Source: Candidatus Acetothermia bacterium (GTDB lineage: Bacteria; Bipolaricaulota; Bipolaricaulia; M55B111). Taken from it: 47,076 nucleotides of DNA. The translations under genes and the position numbers were made by a program. The stretch lies in the NCBI GenBank assembly GCA_046543285.1, contig JBKGZS010000003.1, positions 1 through 47,076 of the forward strand. Direction: 5' to 3'. Under the pieces are notes generated by a model. It searched no databases. It was not told the origin of the DNA and worked only from the letters and a program-made list of their open reading frames with translations. Shown here piece by piece: positions 35,567-44,776 of the stretch. The stretch's first letter is position 1. Every line of letters begins with the position of its first letter.

Positions 35567-35610
35567 GATTTTTCACCTCCAGCTTGAGCATTAAGTGTCA
35601 GACAGTGGGA

Positions 35611-35639
35611 ATGGTAACTAATGATGAAGTGGAAATCAA
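35611..35639 (-). promoter_or_regulatory. Putative sigma70 promoter of rpsT
   Basis: Minus strand TTGATT-17 bp-TACCAT. Confidence 0.5.
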
Positions 35640-35721
35640 GGAAGCCAGCCTACCTTAAGAGAGTTGTAGAGGCAGAAAACGGGGTTTGATTGATTAGAAA
35701 AGGAAAAGAAAAAACATGGAC

Positions 35722-35982
35722 TCAGCTACACTCCATTTCCTTTACCCAGGCCAGATTGTTTTTCGCTTCCCTCAGGTTTTTCGCAAGCCGCGGGCTGGAG
35801 TTATCTTCGTGAGCCTTTTCGATCTCATCGATCCATTCGTCGACCTTCTGTTGTACCTCGTCAAGCCTTTCCAGGGCCAGGTCGCTTTCGCCGCGGTTGA
35901 AGGCCTGCAGGCACTGTTCAAGTTCTCCTACCAGGGCTGAAATTTCTGCGGCAAGCAGGATAAGGTCTGGTTGCTGAGACAT
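35722..35982 (-). CDS. Small acidic helical hypothetical protein
   Basis: GGAGGAAGG SD, 20 bp after the sigma factor stop; amphipathic helices. Confidence 0.65.
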   Translation of the reverse strand: MSQQPDLILLAAEISALVGELEQCLQAFNRGESDLALERLDEVQQKVDEWIDEIEKAHEDNSSPRLAKNLREAKNNLAWVKEMECS

Positions 35983-36002
35983 TCTCCTTCCTCCATTTGG
36001 GA

Positions 36003-36827
36003 TTATTCCTCTTCTTCGGGATTTTTAGACAGGTCCTCTTTGAGATAGTTTTCAATTTGCTTCAAAACCCGTTTTTTAATTCTAGATACCTGGCGCTGTG
36101 AAACCCCGATGTCATCCCCGACCTTTTCCTGTGTGTCTTCATCAAAGAACAAGCCTTTAACCACTTCTTGTTGAACTTGAGTAAGTTTTTCAATTGCCTG
36201 AGCAATACGTACTTTGTACTCGATAGGTAGATCCTCTTCATGTTTGCTGCGGATCTTCTCGTAATCAATGTACTCGGGGCGAGGATCGGATTTTCTGCGC
36301 TGCTCATCTATGGAGACGTAGGTCATTGAATCGCGGGCTTTAAGAACTTCCCGGATGCCATCTTCTTCGATATTTAGTTCCTCCGATAATCGCTGGATGG
36401 AGGGCAACTCACCGGTTTCATTGTATATTCTTTCCTGGGCCTCTTGAACATCCTGATTTAACTCCGATATCCACTGTGGAACGTGAACAACCGGCGCGTT
36501 GTCTCTAATGTGGTGGCGGATCTCGCCTTTGATCAGATAAGTTGCATAAGTACTAAATTTAGTGCCCCGACTGAGATCAAAATTTTCGGCTGCATTCAGT
36601 AACCCCAGATAGCCGGCTTGCATGAGATCATCGAATTCGAAACCCGAATGCAAGTAATCCTTTACTATGGACTTCACCAGGCCAATATTTTGTCGGGCCA
36701 GCTGGTCTTTTAAGCCCCCCAGCTGATTTTTGATACGTTCCTCTTCGCCCCCAGAAGTCCCGCCAAGTTTATCTTCAAGCCGTTGAATCTCCTGAAGCAA
36801 CTGTTCGTTTGATTCATCAGGTGTCAT
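36003..36827 (-). CDS. Group 3 sigma70 factor (SigB/SigF/SigG-like)
   Basis: NIGLVKSI, DDLMQAGYLGL, FD..RGTKFSTYA, IKGEIRHHIRD, TQEKVGDDIGVSQRQVSRI. Confidence 0.9.
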   Translation of the reverse strand: MTPDESNEQLLQEIQRLEDKLGGTSGGEEERIKNQLGGLKDQLARQNIGLVKSIVKDYLHSGFEFDDLMQAGYLGLLNAAENFDLSRGTKFSTYATYLIKGEIRHHIRDNAPVVHVPQWISELNQDVQEAQERIYNETGELPSIQRLSEELNIEEDGIREVLKARDSMTYVSIDEQRRKSDPRPEYIDYEKIRSKHEEDLPIEYKVRIAQAIEKLTQVQQEVVKGLFFDEDTQEKVGDDIGVSQRQVSRIKKRVLKQIENYLKEDLSKNPEEEE

Positions 36828-36847
36828 ATCGGGTCACCTTACTCGAT

Positions 36848-38239
36848 TTACTTTCCCACGCAGAAACGGGAAAAGATTCTATCCAGCACTTCCTCGGAGA
36901 GATCTTCCCCGAGCAGCTTCCCCAGGGATTTTCGTGCAGAGCGAATGTCCAGTTCGGCCAAGTCAAGAGGATGGCCTCCTCCAATAGAGTCTAGCGCCGC
37001 ATTAATGTCCCTTTTAGCCTCCTGTAGCAGTTGTTTCTCGCGGATATTGAGAAGGTAGATATCTTCCTTTCGATGGATCTGACCTCCCCAGACCAAGTTA
37101 GTCATGGCACTTTCCAGGTTCTCGATGCCGAGACCCGTTTTGGCGGATATTTTCAGTATCTCGGCCCAGTTTTCACCCAACTGCAAGGAGGCACTCGCTT
37201 TCGACAACATTCTATCCAAATCGATTTTATTCAGCAACAGAATCGTTTCCCGGGGCTCGAGGGATTCGGCTATTTTCAAATCGTCTTCGGTCAACTCCTT
37301 GCTTGCGTCGACCAGAAACAACGAGAGTTCGGCTTCTCGGCCCTGTTCTTTGGCTTTCTGAATACCGTATTCTTCCACCTCACTCTGAGGTTTGCCTATC
37401 CCGGCGGTATCCATTATCCGGAAGGGGATCCCATCGATTTCCAGCTCCTCTTCTATTACGTCCCTAGTGGTTCCCGGCTGTGGAGCTACGATGGCTCTAT
37501 CTTCTTTTAACAACGTATTGAGCAAGGTTGATTTTCCCACGTTGGGTTTGCCCAGTATGGCTACCTTGTGTCCCTGACGCAATATTTTGCCGTCCCGGCT
37601 TTTTTCTAGAAAATCTTCGATTTCCCGCTGGATATCCAGGAGAATACTCGCAAGATCCTCGGTTTCGACGATTGAGTCTTCGTAATCTGGGAAATCTATC
37701 GCCACCTCGATTTCTGCGAGCAGGTCCGTCAGATCCTCACGAAGCGAATTGACGAAATCGCTGAATCGGCCCTGTAACCGATCTAAGGCTAGATCCAAGG
37801 AAAAAGTGGTCTTGGCTTCGATAACCTCCCGGACGGATTCGGCCTGATCGAGGGTGATTCTTCCGTTGAGAAAAGCTCGTTTGGTAAATTCCCCGGGCTC
37901 CGCCGGTCTGGCACCGTGTTCGAAGGTCAATTCCAGCACTTCCCGTAGCGGAACGACCCCGCCGTGACAGTTTATTTCCACAATGTCTTCCCGCGTGTAA
38001 GTTTTAGGAGCTCGCATAATTGAGAGCAGCACTTCGTCAATGGCTTCCCCGCCGTCCTTGATAAAACCGTAATGAATAGTATGAGAGGATGCCTGCTTGA
38101 GCTGAATGTTCTGGGGCGAGTGGAATATTTCGCCGGCGATCTCGATCGCCCGAGGGCCTGACAGGCGGACTATTCCTATTCCACTTTTTCCTATGGGCGT
38201 CGAAATGGCTGAGACGGTATCCTGTTTTTGCTCGTTCAC
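36848..38239 (-). CDS. mnmE: tRNA modification GTPase MnmE (TrmE)
   Basis: DTVSAISTP, TYTREDIVEINCHGG, PGEFTKRAFLNG, GKPNVGKS, GTTRD, DTAG, NKID, FCVGK; GTG start overlaps the jag stop. Confidence 0.97.
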   Translation of the reverse strand: MNEQKQDTVSAISTPIGKSGIGIVRLSGPRAIEIAGEIFHSPQNIQLKQASSHTIHYGFIKDGGEAIDEVLLSIMRAPKTYTREDIVEINCHGGVVPLREVLELTFEHGARPAEPGEFTKRAFLNGRITLDQAESVREVIEAKTTFSLDLALDRLQGRFSDFVNSLREDLTDLLAEIEVAIDFPDYEDSIVETEDLASILLDIQREIEDFLEKSRDGKILRQGHKVAILGKPNVGKSTLLNTLLKEDRAIVAPQPGTTRDVIEEELEIDGIPFRIMDTAGIGKPQSEVEEYGIQKAKEQGREAELSLFLVDASKELTEDDLKIAESLEPRETILLLNKIDLDRMLSKASASLQLGENWAEILKISAKTGLGIENLESAMTNLVWGGQIHRKEDIYLLNIREKQLLQEAKRDINAALDSIGGGHPLDLAELDIRSARKSLGKLLGEDLSEEVLDRIFSRFCVGK

Positions 38240-38715
38240 TCTGCGTTGTCTTCGTCCCCAGTTGGTTCGATGATTACCCTCCTCTCGCTGCCTTCTCCTA
38301 CGCTGTAGGTTCGAACTCCCTCGACTTCTGCAAGTGTGACATGGATCCATTTGCGCGTTCGCGAAGGCATAGGGTTGAGCCGTATTCGGCTGTGTGAAGA
38401 ACGAGCTTTCGAGGCTGCCCGCCTGGCAAAGGCTTGTAGCTCTTGGAGTTTCCGTTTCTTATTGCCGTTGACGTCTAGTGAAACTCTGCCCTGAATATTG
38501 TGTTTTCTTCGTAAGACAATCTCGAGGAAAGTGACCAGATGCTCAAAGGCCTCTTCCCCCTGAGTGAAGATTCGGGGAGATCCCCGTAAATCGAGGTATA
38601 CCTCGTTGGTGGGGGGTAGCGAAGCCTTTACGGTAACTCGCTCTCTCAGGATCTCGCACAACTCCTGAGTGTAGTCTCGTAGCTCTTCTAAAACCTCGTT
38701 AGAGATTTTTTCCAT
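38236..38715 (-). CDS. jag: Jag/EloR/KhpB-like RNA-binding protein (KH-like + R3H), lacking the Jag_N domain
   Basis: R3H motif PM..RTRKWIH..GVRTYSVGEG.ERRVII; lies between yidC and mnmE; KH GxxG loop not recognisable. Confidence 0.8.
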   Translation of the reverse strand: MEKISNEVLEELRDYTQELCEILRERVTVKASLPPTNEVYLDLRGSPRIFTQGEEAFEHLVTFLEIVLRRKHNIQGRVSLDVNGNKKRKLQELQAFARRAASKARSSHSRIRLNPMPSRTRKWIHVTLAEVEGVRTYSVGEGSERRVIIEPTGDEDNAE

Positions 38716-38720
38716 GGTTT

Positions 38721-40277
38721 CTAAGTGGCTTCAGCTTCCGATTCCTGTTTTTCCATTTCCCAGTTTATAAAGGACTGTTGGCCGACTTGGAACAGAGTGG
38801 TAAGAAAGTAATAAAGCCACAGTCCGGCGGGGAAATTGTGCAGCATCACGCCCATGAATAATGGAAACACCAGTCCCATCCACTTGTTTTGGCCTCCTCC
38901 CCCTCCGGGAGTTTGCATAAGTTGTTGCTGCACGATCATTATTCCCACGGTCAGAGCGACCAGAATGTAGTAAGGGTCGTGTAGGCTAAGGTCATTTAAC
39001 CACAGGAACCCGGGAGAGAGGTGAATCTGCTCGGCGCTGTACAGTATGGCCCGCCAGAGCAATATCAAGATGGGCAACTGGATAAACATCGGTAGGCAGC
39101 CCCCCATGGGATTTACTCCCTCTTCCTTGTACAATTCCATCATCGCCTCTTGTTGCTTCTGGCGGTCGTCTTCGTATTCCTCGCGGATTTCTTCCATTTT
39201 GGGTTGCAGTTCCTGCATCTTTCCCATGGAACGGTACATATTTTTCATTAGAGGGTAGAGGAGAATTCGAATGAGGACTGTAAACATTATAATGGCCCAT
39301 CCGTAGTTGCCGGTCCACTTGTAGAGCTGATTCAGAAAACCGATCACGGGCACTAATAACTTGCTGAACAGGCCGATTTCGTCTATGGATGCCAGCCCTA
39401 CGTTTGAAAGTAGTACGTGACGCCGTCGCCCGCCGTAAATGGTGAACTCGTGCTTTTCCGCATCACCGGCCCCAAGTTCTTTCTCGCCCAGGTTAAAGCT
39501 CAGGACACCGTCGGAAAAATTGGGGGTGGTCTTTATCGCTTTTTGGGTATTGTTTTTAAAGAAGAATACAAGGTCTTCGCCTACTAAACCAGCGCCGCCA
39601 AATTTTTCGTAGGAGCCCGAAGCCAGAATACTGTTGCTTACTTCGCCGTCAAAGATATATCTGACATTGGGGTCGCTCAAATAACTTACGTCATCGGTGC
39701 TTTCCCGCGCTCCAATTTCATCTACGATGAGGCGATTATCGTCTCCCATAGTTAGGGGTTCTTCGGATAGGTTGGTCAAAGAAATGTCTAATTCGATGGT
39801 GTAGTTGGGATTATTGTGGATCACGTAAGTCTTTTCGACCCTCAAGTCATCAGTTTCCCCGACGAAGGAGATGGTGGCCTGGTCATATTTTTTCTCCGAA
39901 GGAAGCTGGACTTGGTAAGAACTGGGAAGCTGGTCTTCTTCTGCGGAGGTTAACTGTCCGGGGAATACGGCGTCTTGATCGTAGGAACGCTCCATGGTTT
40001 CCGGGTTGGTTGCAGTTCCCGAAACGAGTTCTGCCTGCTTTGATCCATAGGAGGCGAAATGGAGGAAGATGCTCCTTATGGAGCCGTCCTCCGTCGAGAA
40101 CAGGTAATTTGCCAGTTCAGTGCGGACTTCTACCACAGGGCGGTCTTCGTGACGGGTAATTTCTATTTCCTTCTTGTGTTGATTCTGGGAATAAGCATTT
40201 GTGGCGCATAAGAAAAAAAACGCGCCAATTAGCGCAAGAATAACGGACGACCTGATCAATGTTGTTCTGAAATTCAC
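38721..40277 (-). CDS. yidC: Membrane protein insertase YidC with large periplasmic domain
   Basis: GNYGWAII..IRILLYPL, KMQELQP, GVNPMGGCLP, FLWLNDLS.HDP, PAGLWLY; start moved to GTG 40277 (GAGGAGG SD). Confidence 0.96.
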   Translation of the reverse strand: MNFRTTLIRSSVILALIGAFFFLCATNAYSQNQHKKEIEITRHEDRPVVEVRTELANYLFSTEDGSIRSIFLHFASYGSKQAELVSGTATNPETMERSYDQDAVFPGQLTSAEEDQLPSSYQVQLPSEKKYDQATISFVGETDDLRVEKTYVIHNNPNYTIELDISLTNLSEEPLTMGDDNRLIVDEIGARESTDDVSYLSDPNVRYIFDGEVSNSILASGSYEKFGGAGLVGEDLVFFFKNNTQKAIKTTPNFSDGVLSFNLGEKELGAGDAEKHEFTIYGGRRRHVLLSNVGLASIDEIGLFSKLLVPVIGFLNQLYKWTGNYGWAIIMFTVLIRILLYPLMKNMYRSMGKMQELQPKMEEIREEYEDDRQKQQEAMMELYKEEGVNPMGGCLPMFIQLPILILLWRAILYSAEQIHLSPGFLWLNDLSLHDPYYILVALTVGIMIVQQQLMQTPGGGGGQNKWMGLVFPLFMGVMLHNFPAGLWLYYFLTTLFQVGQQSFINWEMEKQESEAEAT

Positions 40278-40311
40278 AAAGGGCCCTCCTCGCAAGGCTC
40301 AGTGTCAAATG

Positions 40312-40340
40312 ATTTTACATAAAGCAGGGTTCTATTTCAA
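40312..40340 (-). promoter_or_regulatory. Putative sigma70 promoter of yidC
   Basis: Minus strand TTGAAA-17 bp-TAAAAT, about 35 bp upstream of the yidC start. Confidence 0.55.
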
Positions 40341-40474
40341 TCCAGTTGCGCTCTAAAGCCGAATTTGAAATTGTCGGTGCCCCTTGCCTGGCTCGTTAGA
40401 GGAAGCAAGCCGGGTGTCCTCCTCCACCTTTGTAAATGTTTTCTGGCCTGAGAGCACCTGTTGGATTGACGCGG

Positions 40475-40503
40475 TTGCACTGGTTGTCCTATTTAGGTAC
40501 ACT
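40475..40503 (+). promoter_or_regulatory. Putative sigma70 promoter of the rib-hisS operon
   Basis: TTGCAC-17 bp-TACACT. Confidence 0.45.
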
Positions 40504-40601
40504 AATTTCGCTTAATCCCGTTCACATGGTGGCTTTTGCCGATAAAATACTTTGGATAAAGTTTTTCGGGCCAGAAGAGAAGACGTTTGTGAGGGGTGTG
40601 A

Positions 40602-41189
40602 ATGTTCACGGGAATGATCGAGGAATTGGGAGAGCTGAAGAATAGAGCTCGGCACAGGTTTACGTTTTCCTTTCCCGGAGACATGAAAGCGTTGAAGATC
40701 GGGGGAAGTATTTCGGTCAACGGTAGCTGTCTGACGGTAGTTGAAATCCGGAGGGACAAAGGAGCTTTTGAGGTGGATCTTTCCGCTGAAACTCTGCATA
40801 GGACCACCTTGAGCAAGATCCAGCCGGGGGATAAAGTCAATATGGAGCTTCCTCTGGAAGCCAGCTCTCTTTCCAACCGATTAGAAGGCCATTTTGTACA
40901 AGGTCACGTGGATGATATCAGTCGTGTTCTGGGGATCTCCAGAAAGGGTAATGACTACATTTTTCGTTTTGCATTGCCGGCGCAATATCGCGATCTGGTG
41001 GTCGAAAAAGGGTCAATTGCCATAGAAGGAATTAGCCTGACTCCTTATGAAGTATCGCGTAGTTCGTTTTTGACTAGCGTCGTACCACATACTTACTCTC
41101 AGACCACCCTCCAGTATAAACGGCCGGGTGCGGAGGTGAATCTGGAGTTTGACGTCTTGGCCAAGTACGTTCAAGCAAACGGTCCTTGA
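40602..41189 (+). CDS. ribE: Riboflavin synthase (alpha-chain type)
   Basis: MFTGMIE, SISVNGSCLTV, GHFVQGHVD, KGSIAIEGISLT, VNLEFD. Confidence 0.94.
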   Translation: MFTGMIEELGELKNRARHRFTFSFPGDMKALKIGGSISVNGSCLTVVEIRRDKGAFEVDLSAETLHRTTLSKIQPGDKVNMELPLEASSLSNRLEGHFVQGHVDDISRVLGISRKGNDYIFRFALPAQYRDLVVEKGSIAIEGISLTPYEVSRSSFLTSVVPHTYSQTTLQYKRPGAEVNLEFDVLAKYVQANGP

Positions 41190-41253
41190 CTCGGTCTATG
41201 CAGTATTTCCACTGTTTTTGTTCCTGAAATGTTCCTAAGAGGAGTGGGGTTCC

Positions 41254-42453
41254 ATGTCTTTCGATAAGGTCGAAGCCGCGATCGAATCCTTTGGGAAGGG
41301 TGAGATGGTGATTATTGCAGATGGTGAGGACCAAAACAGTCAGGGGGACTTGGTGATGGCCGCGGATAAAGTTGATCCCGAAGACGTCAATTTTATGGCA
41401 AAAAAAGCCCGTGGTCTAATCTGTGTAGCGCTGGAACCGGAGAGAATTTCGGAGCTGAATCTGGAGCCTATGGCTCAGGAAAATGCCTCCGCGGAAGTGC
41501 AAAATTTTACTGAATCAGTGGATGCCCGGGAAGGGGTTACCACCGGGATTTCCGCTTACGACAGGGCCCATACCATCTCGCTCCTGGCGAACCCGGACAC
41601 CGAACCATCGGATTTGATGCGACCCGGTCATATATTCCCCCTACAGGCCGAAAAAGGAGGAGTACTTCGTCGGGCCGGCCGTACGGAAGCGGGTATAGAT
41701 CTGACCCGGTTGGCCGAGGTCAGACCTGCAGCGGTTTTGTGTGAGATCATGGATGAAGACGGCTCGCTGGCCAGGTTCCCCCACCTTCGAGAGTTTTCAG
41801 ACAAGCATTCCCTGCCCCTGATCAGTATAGCTCAACTGATCAGGTATAGAAAAAAACACGAAAAACACGTAGAACGTTTCACGGAGACGAACCTGCCCAC
41901 GGAGTTCGGAGATTTCAAAATGCTCGGTTATTATGATTCCCTGGATGATTCACGGCATCTGGCGCTATTAAAAGGTTCGGTCGAGGGAAAAAAAGACGTC
42001 CTGGTTCGTGTTCAAAGCCGGTGTCTTCCCGGTGACATATTTGGTTCGTTGAAATGCGATTGTGGTCAACAGCTGAAAAGGGCCATGAAAGTGATCGAGG
42101 AAGAGGGCCAGGGGGTCCTGCTGTACATGAGGCCAGGTGAGGGGGGTCTGGGGGAAAACAGGGAAATTTGCGCCTATGATTCGAACTCAAACCCAAATTT
42201 TTCGAAAGAGAGCTCAGGAAAAAGCGCTGATCTTCGCGATTATGGAGCAGGGGCTCAAATTCTGTCCGATCTGGGTCTCAGCTCCATCCGCCTGTTGACC
42301 AATAATCCCCGGAAGGTAGTGGGTTTGAAGGGTTACGGGTTACGAATTTCGGAAACCGTCCCCCTGGAGGTCGAGCCCAACGAGCATAACAGGAGCTATC
42401 TCCGAAGAAAGAACCAGTTGGGCCATTGGCTGTCGAACGTAGGTAAGGAGTAG
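41254..42453 (+). CDS. ribBA: Bifunctional DHBP synthase / GTP cyclohydrolase II with degenerate catalytic motifs
   Basis: Overall RibBA architecture (GLICV, TGISAYDRA, PGHIFPL, CDCG, RDYG.GAQIL, LLTNNPRK), but several invariant residues are substituted. Confidence 0.88.
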   Translation: MSFDKVEAAIESFGKGEMVIIADGEDQNSQGDLVMAADKVDPEDVNFMAKKARGLICVALEPERISELNLEPMAQENASAEVQNFTESVDAREGVTTGISAYDRAHTISLLANPDTEPSDLMRPGHIFPLQAEKGGVLRRAGRTEAGIDLTRLAEVRPAAVLCEIMDEDGSLARFPHLREFSDKHSLPLISIAQLIRYRKKHEKHVERFTETNLPTEFGDFKMLGYYDSLDDSRHLALLKGSVEGKKDVLVRVQSRCLPGDIFGSLKCDCGQQLKRAMKVIEEEGQGVLLYMRPGEGGLGENREICAYDSNSNPNFSKESSGKSADLRDYGAGAQILSDLGLSSIRLLTNNPRKVVGLKGYGLRISETVPLEVEPNEHNRSYLRRKNQLGHWLSNVGKE

Positions 42454-42502
42454 TTTTGCCGGAGATCGTTTTTTTGCGAGTGGTCATAAGGAGGGTAATT
42501 AA

Positions 42503-42973
42503 ATGTCCGAGGAAGTTGAAGGCTATTTAGACGGTTCAGGACTGGAGATTGGTATAGTGGTCAGTCGTTTCAACAACCTGGTCACCGGAAACCTTCTTGA
42601 GGGAGCCAGGGACAGGCTGCAGAGATTAGGGGTGGCCCCGGAGCAGATTACCACAGTTTGGGTTCCAGGTGCCTTCGAGTTGCCCCGAGGGGTGAAAAGT
42701 TTTGCCAGTTCTCGAAATTGTGACGGAATTGTAGCCCTGGGAGCCGTAATTAGAGGAGAAACTCCTCATTTTCAATACGTTGCCAGCGAGGTCTCTAAGG
42801 GTCTGGCCAAAGCCAACCTGGAACTTTCCGCGCCGGTGAGCTTTGGTCTTATCACCTCCGACACCATGGATCAAGCTATCGATCGGAGCGGCGGAAAACA
42901 GGGAAATAAGGGGGCCGAAGCCGCGGAAAGTTTGGTGGAAATGATAAATTTAGAATGCGAACTAAGCGAGTGA
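42503..42973 (+). CDS. ribH: 6,7-dimethyl-8-ribityllumazine synthase
   Basis: IVVSRFN, VPGAFELP, GAVIRGETPHF, GNKGAEAA. Confidence 0.97.
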   Translation: MSEEVEGYLDGSGLEIGIVVSRFNNLVTGNLLEGARDRLQRLGVAPEQITTVWVPGAFELPRGVKSFASSRNCDGIVALGAVIRGETPHFQYVASEVSKGLAKANLELSAPVSFGLITSDTMDQAIDRSGGKQGNKGAEAAESLVEMINLECELSE

Positions 42974-42982
42974 CTTTTTGCG

Positions 42983-44245
42983 ATGAAATATCACGCCCCT
43001 AAAGGTCTCTCCGATATTTTGCCCGAGGAAATCCCTTACTGGCAGGAGGTGGAACGGGGGATCAGGAAGAAGATGGAAGCTTATAGATATCGGGAAATTC
43101 GGACCCCTGTAATGGAACAGAGCCAAGTTTTTGCCCGTGGAGTTGGGGAGGACACGGACATAGTTTCCAAGGAAATGTATACCTTCGAAGACAAAGGAGG
43201 CCGCTCTATTACTCTGCGACCCGAGAACACGGCCTCCGTGGTCCGCGCTTACCTGGAACACAAAATTTCCGGTCGAGAGGAGTTGTCCAAATTTTACTAC
43301 ATTGGCCCCATGTTTCGTTATGAGGCCCCCCAAAAAGGTCGCTCCAGACAGTTCCACCAGTACGGAGCGGAGGCGCTAGGTTCTGCAGACCCTTCTCTGG
43401 ATGTGGAGTTGATAGAATTAAGTCTATCATTGCTTGACTCCTTCGGGGTTACGGACGTAGGCCTGGCCATGAATAGCATTGGCTGTTCAGAGGACAGAGA
43501 GCAGTACGTGGAAGAGCTGGTGGGGTATCTCCAGCCCCGAGAGGACGACCTTTGTGCGGATTGTCGAAGACGGCTGAACTCCAACCCTCTCAGGATTCTG
43601 GACTGTAAAGAAGAGGGGTGTCGAGCCGCGGTCAATTCCGCCCCCGTCATAACCGATTACCTGTGCGAGGAATGCGAGCAACATTTTGACGGTGTTCAAT
43701 CCTATGCCGACCAGTTGGGAATAGATTACCAGCTGGATCACACCCTGGTCAGAGGGCTGGATTATTATACCAAAACAGTTTTCGAACTCTTTTCCTCTGC
43801 CCTTGGTGCTCAGGATGCTTTGATCGGTGGAGGTCGATACGATGATCTAGTTGAGTTGCTGGGTGGCGAACCTACGCCGGCAGTGGGCTTTGCCGCGGGC
43901 ATGGAACGCCTGATATTGATTCTGAGCGAAGGGGATGAGGACCAGCCTTCCCTGGATCAGCTCGAAATTTATATTGCGACACTGGATGAACGAACAAAAT
44001 TTACTGGCTTTGAGTTATTGCGAGAGCTTAGGGACCGAGGATTAAATGCGGAAATCGATTATCTGGACAAAAGCCTGCAGGGGCAGCTGGGTTACGCGGA
44101 CCGTTATGGAGCCAGTTACTCCGTTATCATCGGCCCTCAGGAGCTTTCGAACGACGAACTTACCCTCAGGGACATGGAAAGCGGTGAGCAGCAGACACTT
44201 CCTCTATCTACCGCTGCCGAACAGCTGGCGGAGCTAGTTGCTTAA
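42983..44245 (+). CDS. hisS: Histidyl-tRNA synthetase
   Basis: KEMYTF, LRPENTA, MFRYEAPQKGR.RQFHQ, LVRGLDYY, GGGRYD, GMERL. Confidence 0.97.
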   Translation: MKYHAPKGLSDILPEEIPYWQEVERGIRKKMEAYRYREIRTPVMEQSQVFARGVGEDTDIVSKEMYTFEDKGGRSITLRPENTASVVRAYLEHKISGREELSKFYYIGPMFRYEAPQKGRSRQFHQYGAEALGSADPSLDVELIELSLSLLDSFGVTDVGLAMNSIGCSEDREQYVEELVGYLQPREDDLCADCRRRLNSNPLRILDCKEEGCRAAVNSAPVITDYLCEECEQHFDGVQSYADQLGIDYQLDHTLVRGLDYYTKTVFELFSSALGAQDALIGGGRYDDLVELLGGEPTPAVGFAAGMERLILILSEGDEDQPSLDQLEIYIATLDERTKFTGFELLRELRDRGLNAEIDYLDKSLQGQLGYADRYGASYSVIIGPQELSNDELTLRDMESGEQQTLPLSTAAEQLAELVA

Positions 44246-44308
44246 TTTTCCTTGGAGGGGCTAGATGGCCCGCAGAACAAAACGGTGCTTACAGCTGGCG
44301 GGGAACCT

Positions 44309-44776
44309 TCAGAGGTTTTCCCTCTGGTATCTCCCCTGGTAACTGTTTTCCGCCGTTTTCTCCAATTTTAAGAACAGGATCTGGCCGATTCGCGCGTCTT
44401 TTTTGAGGTGGATTCCGTGAGGATTTAGGATCTGTAGGAGCCCCTGACCCCGTCCTTCGTATCCCGGCTCCCATACTGCCGATACGAGGTTTGCGCCGTT
44501 TCTCATCAGCGAGGATCGGGGATATACCAATCCTGCAGCATGTTCGGGGACTTTGATCACCTCATTATAGGTTACACGGTAAGCTTTTCCGCCTTCCAGG
44601 TGCCTGGAACCTAAGGGCTGAGCTTCAGCGATTTTCCTGGTGCTATCGTCAAAGTCCATCTGGCCTGCTTCTTTGAACTCCTCCACGGTTCCAACCGTCA
44701 GGTCAATTCCGGCCGGCTGGGTTTGAATATCGGAATCAACCAGTTCCCGGACGTAGGATTCGGGTGAAATTAGCAT
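44309..44776 (-). CDS. Trimeric dUTPase, archaeal-type (dCTP deaminase/dUTPase family)
   Basis: QPAGIDLTV, PRSSLMR, AVWEPGYEGRG, ARIGQ, YQGRYQ. Confidence 0.82.
   Translation of the reverse strand: MLISPESYVRELVDSDIQTQPAGIDLTVGTVEEFKEAGQMDFDDSTRKIAEAQPLGSRHLEGGKAYRVTYNEVIKVPEHAAGLVYPRSSLMRNGANLVSAVWEPGYEGRGQGLLQILNPHGIHLKKDARIGQILFLKLEKTAENSYQGRYQRENL

Noticed and set aside
40341-40601. FMN riboswitch upstream of the rib operon
   Set aside because: The RFN core (AGGGC.GGGTG.AA.TCCC.ACCGG) is absent; only one unremarkable hairpin near 40387-40414.
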